64,000 nucleotides of DNA from the NCBI RefSeq assembly GCF_000143415.4, contig NW_003314261.1, positions 1,688,117 through 1,752,116 of the forward strand. Reading direction: 5' to 3'. This DNA is from Selaginella moellendorffii. Lineage: Eukaryota; Plantae; Lycopodiophyta. A program made the translations under genes and the position numbers. Below, one piece after another: positions 40,501 to 52,329 of this stretch (positions are counted from its first letter, which is position 1; every line of letters begins with the position of its first letter). Under the pieces are notes generated by a model that made no database searches, was not told the DNA's origin, and saw only the letters and a list, made by a program, of their open reading frames with translations.

Positions 40501-40920
40501 GTATATATCCGGGTTGACATACTTGGATGCTGTGCGGACAAGGTTCGTCTGCTGCAAACGGCAAAGGGGGATTTCTCTGATCAAGTCACAAGGGCCTGGC
40601 CACTTGAGCGCCTCAAGTGTTTGGTGAACTGCTTTTTCCCTTGTCCGCATAACAGTCTCTTGGAAGCGCTTGTCCACCACGTTGTCAGGAAGGTCTGCAA
40701 CTCTTTCAGCTCCAGGTTGTTCCTCAGGTTCCCTATCGTGAACACCACTAGATTGCCCAACTTCAGGGATTTGCGTTGGTGGTGGTGGCGGGGGCAAAGG
40801 CAATAGTGGCAGTGGTGGTGGCAATGGTGGTGGTGGCGGTGGTAGTGGAGGTGATGGAGGTGGTGATGACGGTGGTGGACGTGGCGATGGCTGTTGTGGA
40901 GGTGGTGATGGTGGAGGTTA
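37503..40920 (-). pseudogene. Nine-exon gene: ParB-like domain plus beta-class N4-cytosine/N6-adenine DNA methyltransferase-like domain (~960 aa; in-frame stops)
   Basis: Exons ..-40136, 40074-39873, 39817-39616, 39560-39197, 39149-38767, 38683-38622, 38574-38128, 38074-37716 and 37665-37503 all join in frame across GT-AG introns. FQIIDGNHR (ParB/Srx-like); DFILFDFPDG, then YCPPDGIVIDCTVGSGSMVEAARDSGRSVFAIE. TGA at 39101-39103 and TAA at 40918-40920; start codon uncertain. Confidence 0.8.
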
Positions 40921-41049
40921 TGGTGGTGGAGGTGGTGAATCTCTATCTAAATGTGTCTCTGTTGTGCCAATGGCCTCGTGGACTTTGACGTCGCCGTCGG
41001 CCGCAGTTATTCCTATATACCTTGTTCCCTCCTCCAGCAACACTGCTCT

Positions 41050-41270
41050 AGGTGGCCAGCGGGAGCTCGACCTCGGGCACTTTTGCTCGCCGAGGGGCCG
41101 AGGTTATTTGAATAACTTCGGCCCCCTGGCCAGCCAAAGTGCCCGAGGTGGCCGGCCGGAGCTCGACCTCGCGCACTTTTGCTCGCCGAGGGGCTGAGGT
41201 TATTTGAATAACCTCGGCCCCTCGGCAAGCAAAACTGCCCGAGGTGGCCCGCCCGAGCTCGACCTCGGCC
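41050..41270. repeat. ~2.3 tandem copies of a 96-bp GC-rich, internally palindromic unit
   Basis: Units start at 41051, 41147 and 41243. Each folds as gggcacttttgc..ccgaggttatt / aataacctcgg..gcaaaactgccc. Confidence 0.88.
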
Positions 41271-41391
41271 AGCAAAGAAGCAATCAAGAAAAAAAAGGGA
41301 AGAAATGGAATGGAAGTGGAAGCAATCAAATCGAAACTCACCCTTGGCGGCATCTTTCCTCCCTCGATTTCTTGATCGTGCTAGATTTCTT

Positions 41392-41686
41392 GTGCGCTCA
41401 ATCTCTCCTTCTCGCGCGCTCAATCTCTCCTGCTTGCGCGCTCAATCTCTCCCGCTCGCACGCTCAAACTCTCCCGCTCGCGCGCTCAATCTCTCCCGCT
41501 CGCGCGCTCAAACTCTCCCGCTCGCGCGCTCAATCTCTCGATCTCTTGCGCGCTCAATCTCTCGATCTCTTGCGCGCTCAATCTCTCGATCTCTTGCGCG
41601 CTCAATCCCTCGATCTCCTTCGCGCTCAATCCCTCGATCTCCTTCGCGCTCAATCTCTCGATCTCTCGCGCGCTCAATCTCTCGAT
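41392..41686. repeat. CpG-rich minisatellite (22-bp then 24-bp units with a CGCGCTCAATCTCTC core)
   Basis: cgcgctcaatctctcccgctcg and cgcgctcaatctctcgatctcttg repeats. Confidence 0.92.
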
Positions 41687-42828
41687 GCGAACAGTAACCT
41701 AATCTTGGTGGCTACCCTAACCCTAATCCTGACGGCTGCCCTAACCCTAACCTATCTCTCATCCTGGCCGTTCATTCCGAATAACCTAAATCTCAACCAT
41801 CACAATATCTTTGATCTTATTTTATCTTATCATTATTATTATATGTAAATTATGCTTCTTTATTTTGTATATTTTAATGATGGTATAACTAGCACCTATC
41901 AACATTTCTGTTATTAGAGATATGATATTATATTTTACAAATTATCTAGAAAGGATGCATTCTCATCACTATTTTGTACATATTTTGGAATCGTTACAAG
42001 AACTTCAAAGAGCATAAATAAGGCACGTTAAAATATGTTGTACTATATCCATCTATGAATGGATGAATCCTCATCCAGAAATTTATTTTGTACTGTATTA
42101 GATCCTAAACAATAGGCACGTGCTTTAAATGTCATTGAGCAGTGTTCACAATTATGGATAAAACTTGAGTTGTACTACGAATCAAATCTGTTATTGAAGA
42201 ATAAGATTTGACAAGATTTATTATCATCTACCACTCAAAATTTGACAACTTGACATATCACACGTGCTGATAGTTAGATTGGATCTCTTGGTTTGACACG
42301 TTATAGCTGAATGTCATTACTGGTATCATTATTAACTATCAAACTTCACGTGCTGAAAATCTTTCCTTGGATCTATATGTATACATGCATCAGACATCAT
42401 AATAGATGACAGTAATATTAATACTGTCACACTTACACATGTTAAATTTGCTATAGAATTTAAATTCATTTTGTACGTTGTCTTCTTATTACTCTATTTA
42501 AATTTCAATTATGTTTCACTATAGATTTTTACAAGTAGCATAAAGAGAGAGAACTCCAAAACCTATTGAGAAGGATGGAGAGGTTTCTTCTTCATTTTCG
42601 AGATCACCCACCTCTTTCATTCTCTCAGAGTATTGTTTCTGAAAGTTTTTTATGTCGGCGTTTTGATCTTCGTCTTGGCTCTATTTCTTTAAAGGCTGTG
42701 ATCCGCAACGACACCGGTATAGTTGCATACTCGGAGTTTCTTATTTCTGGTGTGGGCGAGGGTGGACAACAATGGGATTTACAAAATTCCAAGTCGAAGG
42801 AGATTCGAGTGTTTGGATCTCCAGTCAA

Positions 42829-45800
42829 AATGCCAAAATGTGCTCCAGCCAAAGTGAATGTGAAGCAAGAGTCAATCGTTATCCTCTTGTCCTCTTCTAG
42901 TTCAAGTGAAGATGTCATGCTAGTGTCGGCGCCAAATTCAACAGCTCCAGCTCCAACTTCAGCAATATTCAAAGCCATTAGCAATGCTTTCCAGTTTTCA
43001 CGCCTCTCAATCGACGTGCACTTGTTTTTGTATAGGCTTGTGAGTGAGCTTCCATCCTCCTACAACGGCAACATTTTCTTCGAGCTACCACCTCTTGTCA
43101 GCAGCACAGGNNNNNNNNNNNNNNNNNNNNNNNNNNNNNNNNNNNNNNNNNNNNNNNNNNNNNNNNNNNNNNNNNNNNNNNNNNNNNNNNNNNNNNNNNN
43201 NNNNNNNNNNNNNNNNNNNNNNNNNNNNNNNNNNNNNNNNNNNNNNNNNNNNNNNNNNNNNNNNNNNNNNNNNNNNNNNNNNNNNNNNNNNNNNNNNNNN
43301 NNNNNNNNNNNNNNNNNNNNNNNNNNNNNNNNNNNNNNNNNNNNNNNNNNNNNNNNNNNNNNNNNNNNNNNNNNNNNNNNNNNNNNNNNNNNNNNNNNNN
43401 NNNNNNNNNNNNNNNNNNNNNNNNNNNNNNNNNNNNNNNNNNNNNNNNNNNNNNNNNNNNNNNNNNNNNNNNNNNNNNNNNNNNNNNNNNNNNNNNNNNN
43501 NNNNNNNNNNNNNNNNNNNNNNNNNNNNNNNNNNNNNNNNNNNNNNNNNNNNNNNNNNNNNNNNNNNNNNNNNNNNNNNNNNNNNNNNNNNNTACTCAAT
43601 CCAGGTTGCCAAAAGACTCAACTAAACGAGGCTAGCTTGTGGGACTTACTACGAGGAGTACAACTTGCTACTAGCCTAAGGAGGTACATCCATTATTTTT
43701 CATACGTTATAATAATAATTTTTTCTTACATTATATTGTTTAGGATAAAATCTTGGATGTGTGAATCTCGAGAGGGGAAGTTGCAATCAAAAATTGACTC
43801 CATCCTTGAATTGAAACAGACCTGTCCATACGAGTTCATCCACGAAAGTTTGTTTCCAGACCAAGTTGTGAATGAGCAAGAGCGCCCCTTCGTCTTCAAA
43901 ATGTCTACCATGGGCCCTGCCTCTGGCGTAGATCTTGTCTCCCGAATGGACATGTTTGGGTCCAGTGACCTTGCAAATGCATGGGTACATTTTGACCATA
44001 TGGAGCGTGTATCCGGTTGGACAACCATGGGAGCTCATGTGTATGATCCAAGGTAATTTTTATTCTCATTATATTGAAATTGTTATAATATTTATGTTTT
44101 CATAGGTTACGTTGTAACTTAACAATTGCGACAGCAGAGTTTAAAGTACAAGACCAGACAGCACAGGAAATATTTTGGAAGTCCCTCTCTGATATTGTCC
44201 TAAAGCGGACTGGTAAGCCTGCAAACTTTCGTGGTTTCATGGCAGATGGGGTTGGTGCAAACTGGAATGGTATCCGAGCAGTTTTTGGGAATGGTCAACC
44301 ATTGGAAGGTCGTGAGAGGACTTGTGAGTTCCATTGGGCTCAAAACCTAAACCAGCACTGCCACCTTATCAAGCCAGAGTTTCAATCAATATTTAAGGAG
44401 TTGTGCAAACAATGGCAGGTTGCACCTTCTGAAGAAGAGCATGAGGCAAAAGCAAATGAGATCCAAATGTGGTGGCGTGAAGATGGCCATACAAACGTAA
44501 GTTGCCTACCACAACTTGAGTCATGGTTAGGATGGTGGGAAGTTAGGATGTTCCAATGGGGACATCACTCTTTTCAGGTTGGTTTATATTTTTTCTTCTC
44601 CTTTTATTACCTTTTAATATTGCCTTTTCCATTAGGATCAACCACTTGAGGACCTCGCATACACCCCAACTGTGAATCTCTTCGAAAGTAAGCATTGGAG
44701 TTGGCGTTCCTCTGAGGCAGGGAAAGGGAAGATGAGTCTATACGAAGCCTGTCTATCAGATTTGATACGTGCTATAGAGCAATCTTCAAAAGCACTGGCA
44801 TTCGAGGAAGGAAGATACATGGGAACAGGGCCTTCTGTTGAGATGTTACATGATAGGATGAAGAGAAAATTAACTCCACCCGCCCAAACAGTGGCAATTG
44901 CAGTTGAGGAAGTGGTCCGTGGCACATCTATGGAGTACACTCCCCGAGCTTCTATTGGTGATATGAAGATTGTCCGCTCAAAGCGTCGTTTTTCCTTTGC
45001 TGGGGAAGATGTTGGTACGGACCTTGGAGCAAAAAGCTCCCACAGGCCTGATGTCGAGTACCATTCTGCTCCAAGACACCGCTCTCGAACTGAGCCACCT
45101 CAAGTGGCTGATGAAGAGAGTGCATCGCAACAGGTTGAAATTGCTTACCGTAGCGTGGAGCCGAAGCAATGGGCAATCCGACCTGTGCCAGCAAAATCAA
45201 ATGTAAGGTGTGTGGGGATGCTTCCAAGGGGCAAGTGTTGGGCCTGGATTCGTGGTGAAAAATCTGCTTCTGTTCCAGACCCATGTTTCTATGGGGAACG
45301 AAAGCAAGCAGGATTTTCAAGATGGTGCTGGCTATATTGTTGCAACACCGACGCCAACCATACGAAGTGGCTTGAAGACACTATAGTGACTAAACCTGAT
45401 GTAGTACCTAAAGAATGGCCGGTTGCTAATGGGGTCGCGCTCACCTCAGATGAGATTGAAAACCTTGAGAAATCTGGTTTTAATCTTGAGAGGAGAGTTG
45501 GAGACATGAGTGACAGGAGCAGGACTATTCCTACAAAGATGCACAGGAGGCCAGCACGAAAAGGTAAAGCAATTAAATTTATTGGCACCGTCTCCAAGCA
45601 GAAGCAAGGTAAAATAAACTTGGCTCAAACACTTGAGTGTGAGATTCTCTCCATGAAGTACATCACTGCACTTGCAAAGGAGTACATAGTCAAAACAGAA
45701 GGTGGAGAGTACACAATTGCCATTCACGACTTTCCTTCTTGCACATGTCCAGACTTTACGAAGCGCGAGGAACATGGGAAGGCATATGCTCCTTGCAAGC

Positions 45801-45913
45801 ATATGTACTACATCTTCATCAACATCTTGCACCAGGATCCTAAAGTAGATATTCATATACACCAAGCAAGCCTTACTATTGCTGAGTTGCAGAAAACTTT
45901 TGGAGCTAATTAG
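42829..45913 (+). CDS. MULE-type DDE transposase with a C-terminal SWIM zinc finger (spliced; part hidden in an N gap)
   Basis: Introns 43684-43743, 44053-44105 and 44578-44635 keep frame. VHFD, FMADG, CEFHW (CxxH), NLFESKH; SWIM CTCPDF...PCKH. No stops in the sequenced exons. Start ATG inferred. Confidence 0.85.
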
Positions 45914-46004
45914 ATTTCTCCAACACTATCGATGTTTATTCTCTATCAATAAAACTTATTATACTTTATATAATTAATACAAATGTGCTTTTTCATTTCA
46001 CTTT

Positions 46005-46457
46005 TCATTTTATATGCTTCCGAGTGTTCTTCTCGCAATACTGCCCATAGTACTCGTGTGTCTCCATTTCTGTCTTTACCATCTCAAAAAAGATTTCATG
46101 GTAGTCTTTCGGGTGCGTGATGTTGTAGTGTGTCGCAAGAGCATATATACCATCATACTGATCATTGCCATTGTTTCTACCAGACGCTAGAAAACATATG
46201 GGGCGCTTCTTGAAAGTGGCAGAATTGCACTTTTCTAAAACAAGTAAGAGGGCATTCTTTTTCACCCAATTTGTTGCACCCTCTGTCATTGCATTTATCT
46301 CCAACTCATGATCACTATCCTCACTATCCTCTCTTTCATTCTCTTGTGTGATTTGGTTATGCTGTGCAATGGGATAGTTATTGCATCTCTTAGCCCTTGA
46401 GCCCTGGGAAGAAAGATTGTGAGAGTTAAAATTACCAACACTAGAACCCATAGACAT
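46005..46457 (-). CDS. 150-aa orphan ORF in the MULE, convergent with the transposase
   Basis: Uninterrupted ATG-to-stop ORF in AT-rich flanks; disordered N-terminus and globular-looking C-terminus. Confidence 0.5.
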   Translation of the reverse strand: MSMGSSVGNFNSHNLSSQGSRAKRCNNYPIAQHNQITQENEREDSEDSDHELEINAMTEGATNWVKKNALLLVLEKCNSATFKKRPICFLASGRNNGNDQYDGIYALATHYNITHPKDYHEIFFEMVKTEMETHEYYGQYCEKNTRKHIK

Positions 46458-47016
46458 TTGTGAGTGTATTTCCCTTTTTTTGAATGAGAGTGTGAATGAA
46501 GATCTATAAATTCTAGACAGTATGCTACGACAAACCCCTCAAGAATGTATTCTACAAAGAACCAAGTCTTTCTTTTATATGCAATAAGCTTACATCAACG
46601 GTTATTTTTTTTCCTTTCAAACGGTTATATGGCTTCACATAGAATCTTATTTCAAATTTAATAATTTTTTAATTCTGACAAACCTAACATTTACTAGCCA
46701 AAAAGCATAGAGTACAAATTTAAAGAAGTGACAAGAATACTCTTCTTTTCAAACATTTTATTTTATGTTCTAACAAATGTCCCTATCATTGCATGTAGTA
46801 AATATTAAATTATTAGAACAAAATGTGTTCTTTAGAACATTTTTATCTATATAATATATAGAGAGTTATTAAATTATTAGGTTTGCCATAACCTTAAAAT
46901 TTTAAAATTTATAATGTTTGTACTAAATTATAATTGAAAATTAAGCTCAACTCGTGAGCTCAACTCTTCAACTCGTGAGCTCAAGTATGGTCCGTGCCCC
47001 TTGATTGGAAACTTTT

Positions 47017-47709
47017 TAGGTGCTTACAGAATTGGAGAGCTTGCTTGGATCTCATACCCTGCACAAGAATTTTCCGCTCATTTTTGTAAGACACCCCAGC
47101 TAGGAATAGGTAAGACCTTTTTGTTCTTGCAAAGGAAATTCAATTTACAAGTTCTGCACTGGGTTTCAACATATGAGAAGTTGGCTCTTATGGAGGTAGC
47201 CATATTGCCATGGCAGGGTGAGTGCATTTGAAGGTGTTTATTTTACTGGTAGTGGATGACTTTGAACTCTTGATTTTGTGCAAATACCTCTAGGTCGGCT
47301 CTGAGATCATTGCTGTCCCAGCCATAGTCACTAGAGTAATTCCTAGTGAGAAATTCTTCATATCTCTTTCTACAACTATAATTCTCTTATATAAAACACT
47401 GTATGTGCTTCAAGCTGTCACCATATGGATCAACAACCCCACTAATTTGCAAAGGTTAAAGAAAAGCCACTCAAAGGACGATGAGGATCACAATTATATG
47501 TCTCTATTGGTAATTAAATTTGGGTGTTTTACATGTTTGCTTCAAGTATGTGTCCTTTATATGATACCAATAGCAACACATTCTGAGCATGGTGAGGTGA
47601 TAGAAATTTGGGTGCTAGATGGCTTCTTTTTAATTTTTTTCCCATAAAGCTCTTGGGTAATGTATTTGTCTTTTGGCTCAGATTTAAATTTTTTTGAGAA
47701 CTTCCCCTT
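47017..47709. repeat. Second copy of the 33568-34260 segment (runs into an N gap)
   Basis: Colinear similarity with small indels. Confidence 0.85.
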
Positions 47710-49929
47710 NNNNNNNNNNNNNNNNNNNNNNNNNNNNNNNNNNNNNNNNNNNNNNNNNNNNNNNNNNNNNNNNNNNNNNNNNNNNNNNNNNNNNNNNNNN
47801 NNNNNNNNNNNNNNNNNNNNNNNNNNNNNNNNNNNNNNNNNNNNNNNNNNNNNNNNNNNNNNNNNNNNNNNNNNNNNNNNNNNNNNNNNNNNNNNNNNNN
47901 NNNNNNNNNNNNNNNNNNNNNNNNNNNNNNNNNNNNNNNNNNNNNNNNNNNNNNNNNNNNNNNNNNNNNNNNNNNNNNNNNNNNNNNNNNNNNNNNNNNN
48001 NNNNNNNNNNNNNNNNNNNNNNNNNNNNNNNNNNNNNNNNNNNNNNNNNNNNNNNNNNNNNNNNNNNNNNNNNNNNNNNNNNNNNNNNNNNNNNNNNNNN
48101 NNNNNNNNNNNNNNNNNNNNNNNNNNNNNNNNNNNNNNNNNNNNNNNNNNNNNNNNNNNNNNNNNNNNNNNNNNNNNNNNNNNNNNNNNNNNNNNNNNNN
48201 NNNNNNNNNNNNNNNNNNNNNNNNNNNNNNNNNNNNNNNNNNNNNNNNNNNNNNNNNNNNNNNNNNNNNNNNNNNNNNNNNNNNNNNNNNNNNNNNNNNN
48301 NNNNNNNNNNNNNNNNNNNNNNNNNNNNNNNNNNNNNNNNNNNNNNNNNNNNNNNNNNNNNNNNNNNNNNNNNNNNNNNNNNNNNNNNNNNNNNNNNNNN
48401 NNNNNNNNNNNNNNNNNNNNNNNNNNNNNNNNNNNNNNNNNNNNNNNNNNNNNNNNNNNNNNNNNNNNNNNNNNNNNNNNNNNNNNNNNNNNNNNNNNNN
48501 NNNNNNNNNCCAAAGACCTACAAAATGTCAATCTCAACATGTGATATGATTTCTTTAACTAACTAACAGAGTTGAGCCTATGACTTTTCTGATACCAAAT
48601 ATAACCTCTTGAGTTTGGAAAGTTACTCAGTATTACGTAAACTTAAGGATGCCTAACCCCTAAGTATTCTAAAATTATTAATTGATTGGAAAAGGGGGTG
48701 CATTTTTATTCATGGATCCTTTCCCTTTATATTTGAACCCTATGAATTATTTCTTAAGTCATTCTTTTTTTTTGTTTATAATATGTTAAAATATTGTCAA
48801 ACTTTATATGGCTCCATTTTGCATATTAGGAGGAGTGAAGGAATAAAAGAAAATAAAGGATGAAAACCATGTATATTATATTAAGTCACCAGTATATTAA
48901 AATCTCTATAACTATTCCAGTGTTATTTCCTTACTCTTATTCATTTGCTCTTTAGTTGTATGTTTAAAAATTACTTTATACATTTATTCTTTTGCTCTTT
49001 AGTTATATATTCAGGAGTTTAGCCTTGTTCCTTTGATCAACAGCTAAAACACAAGCCCCATTCTATTACCCTTGGCACACATGTCCAAAAGTTAAATTCT
49101 ACTCTATGGTTATCCTAACCATTTAAATAATAAGACATCTAAAGTTAGATGGTAATTTACTATAGTTAAAATGATTATAAAAATATTTATTAGTTTATGG
49201 CATACATCCTCAATTGATGTTAAGCTATAGCACATATAGTTTTCACCTTTTATAATAGTTAAATGAGGAGAACCTTTACTTCAAAATGATCTACAATCAC
49301 AATAAGTTAATCTAAAGGATTTGCCTTTATAAATATAACACACCCTATTTCACACCCTATTTCACATGCACTACACTCAATTGCTCCCCCCTCCCTGGCC
49401 CTTTTTTGAGGTGTCTATGTCCTTCCATTGTATAGATTAGATTAGCTATTCCTTGTGAAACAATTAGTCATCCATCTATATTATAATCTAATACAATAGA
49501 TACTTTATTTAATTTTATTAGTAAATATTGAATATATACCATTCGTTTTGATACCACATATAGTACACTTTATTTGTCTTCCTTTAAACCAATTAGAAAA
49601 GGGGCAATTGTTTAATATGAGAGCATTTAGTAGTTATTTTATTTCCATACATCCCCCAGTTTCTAAGAATTCANNNNNNNNNNNNNNNNNNNNNNNNNNN
49701 NNNNNNNNNNNNNNNNNNNNNNNNNNNNNNNNNNNNNNNNNNNNNNNNNNNNNNNNNNNNNNNNNNNNNNNNNNNNNNNNNATGTGAAGAAATGAAACCT
49801 TTATGAAATTTTACTAAAAAATCATCTCTGATGTCATAAAAAGGTTATGTGCTAGAAGGTGTTTGAGAACAAAATGAATATCACAAATTGTGTTTTTTTT
49901 TAGTCTTATAAAATGTTATTAAGGTAGAT

Positions 49930-50827
49930 TGTCACGAATGTGACTGTGTATATCGAAAGTTATTTGTCAATTAATACTTTTAGATATTTTTTCCTTATTA
50001 CTATGACAGAAAGAAGTTGATATTGCTAAACTCTTTACCAGTCACTCTTATGCTAATGGAGTTAATTTGGCATTTTGAATGTACTTAGATCGGATGAGCA
50101 TAAGGACATAATTTCTATATGTTATTAACTAAGTATATCTAACCTAGTAAGGAGTTTTTGTCTTGTTGTGTTTTGCACTAGCTAATGACAAAAACCTCTA
50201 TATATTGAAATTAATCCAATATCACCAAATGATATCTTACTGTATTTGTCAAACACCCTTATTACCATACCCCATATGTTGGTCTAATTCAGTCTCAATG
50301 CCTATTTATAGAAAGTGTCTAGATTTTCTAGTTAGGATTATAAATGGAATGTAAAGATTGTCTTGAACACGATGATATGATTCCTGCATCCAAATTCATA
50401 ATCTAACACCATTTTATATTTAATAAGTTTTCATAATTACTTTAGAGACGAACTCTTGGGGTCAGGTTGAAAACTTTAGCTTGGGTTTAAGCCATACTAG
50501 CTAGTGGAGTATTTATACCTTTACATTAGACTATTAATATGCTAAAATAGTGCCAAACATTGTTTGGCATTGTTTTGCATACTTGTTTTGGCATTGGGAT
50601 ATTAGTTGCTCTAGAATTGTTTCTATATTGCTTTATACTCTTATTCCTCTGCTCATTAGGTTGAATGTTCATGAGTTATTCCATGTTCCAGTTTTTTCAC
50701 TCCTTGATTATGTACTTGGGAGTTGGCTCCGTCTTTTCATTTAATGGCCTAAGGCTCTAAAATTTAGGTTCCACTTATTATATGGTAAATTACAATAGGA
50801 TAAAGGGTGAAAACCACGTGCGCTACA
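49930..50827 (+). mobile_element. Old solo LTR of family A
   Basis: tgtcacgaatgtgac...ccacgtgcgctaca matches the reverse complement of the 18150-19298 LTR. TSD TAGAT/TAAAT. Confidence 0.85.
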
Positions 50828-52329
50828 TAAATGATAATAAAGATATTAAAAAAATTATAAAAACATCATTTTTCTCGTGTTTAGAAACGATTAAAGCATT
50901 GGTCAGATAGAAAAGCCTTACTATATACTTATAACAAATACAAATACTATAGCCACCCTCCCAATATAAATTAAATTTGAGTCAATTTTGGTGAAGAATT
51001 GACTTTTTAAGAGACACTCTAACATCTCATGAATTAGTAAATATAGGTATTAATTTGAGGTAGTAGATAATCAAGTACTAGATAAAGAAAGGTTTTTCTT
51101 TAGATGAAAAGGAAAGCTACATTAGCAAGAGTAAGAGATTGAGAATGTTAAATAAACCCTTTGAAAGGCTTTTTGAAATCTTTATGAAAAGCCTCAAACT
51201 CCACCAATAAAATATTATAGATTAGAATAAATGGTGGTGATTTCCCCTCCAACAAATTGATTAAATTTGATAACATTGGCATTCTCCTTCAATGTTTAAT
51301 TTGTGTTGAATTGTTAAATAGTAGACAAAACTCTATGCTCATTATACATGATATTGAGTCTAGACTGAGTTAGTTGAAATTATAAGGTTGTAGGATTTAT
51401 TATAACATTTCACCTTTCTTTAAGTTTTTCTCATGTTAATTTTAAGTTTTATATCTTTTTAGTCAGGTTTTAGGGTGATAGTTATTATGATTTATTCATT
51501 CATCCAATATTTTTTAGTGTTAATATTAAGCCTACTTTTTTCTAGGTTTTTAGCATACCAATCTTCAAGAAGATATTGTTGGTATTGAGAAATTTTCTGA
51601 CTTGGTATAACTTTTGATTGCAGAGCATTAAGATTTGACATGAGTTAAAGGAGAGGAAATAGGAAGACATCAAGTTTAAATTGTCAAGGTTTTCTTACCG
51701 GGAGAAGGGGAGATGAGAAAATTATTGATAAAATAGTAAAGAAAAGAGGAAATATGNNNNNNNNNNNNNNNNNNNNNNNNNNNNNNNNNNNNNNNNNNNN
51801 NNNNNNNNNNNNNNNNNNNNNNNNNNNNNNNNNNNNNNNNNNNNNNNNNNNNNNNNTATTTATTGCTTATTTATTCTTTCTGACATATGGGCTCCTCATC
51901 TATGGGTAAGTGTCATCATGAATAATAGAGTACGAAGAGTAGTATTTAAGAAATCAAAAAACATATCAAGAATAGTATTATTATTGTTTTAATAAAATAT
52001 ATTATTTAATATACACAATTAAACCAAGTGTTAATTCAATACAAAATGTAGCAATTTATTTTTTCCCCAAGAGGGCAAGCTTTAATAATGGTATGAAGCA
52101 TTGGAATATTCTATTAATTAGAAATAGTAGTGATAATAAGAACAAGTTTATTTGTCAAGTAAAAAATATTTTCACATTATACTAGTTTTATTATAGTAAA
52201 ATAATATTATTAAGATATTAAGTAAAGTAATGTAATAGTTTATCATATGTTTAACACTTGGCTTAATAAGATAAACTTGCTTTAGTATAAAACTGAATAA
52301 TTAATGAGGTTTCTATAAAATTAATACTA

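Larger units (their letters stand above)
35348..46999. mobile_element. Large multi-gene Mutator-like (MULE) DNA transposon
   Basis: Direct repeat CTTGATTG(G) at 35340 and 47000. Imperfect TIRs ggggatggtccaaagttgag / gggcacggaccatacttgag. Subterminal TGAGCTCA repeats at both ends. Internal DDE-SWIM transposase. Confidence 0.88.

Noticed and set aside
37503-40920. Bacterial or phage contamination as the source of the methyltransferase
   Set aside because: It has eight in-phase spliceosomal introns and sits inside a TSD-bounded eukaryotic transposon.
41204-41848. 214-aa ORF with RAQSLDLL repeats
   Set aside because: Translation of the 24-bp minisatellite; several frames are open.
33568-47709. 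~700-bp direct repeats read as LTRs flanking the MULE region
   Set aside because: No TG..CA ends, PBS or PPT seen. The TIR and TSD at 35340-47008 explain the boundaries, and the left copy lies >1 kb outside them.
47557-48566. Long ORFs spanning Ns (also 43044-43625 and 49548-49787)
   Set aside because: Gap artefacts; only the transposase frame is supported, and by flanking motifs.
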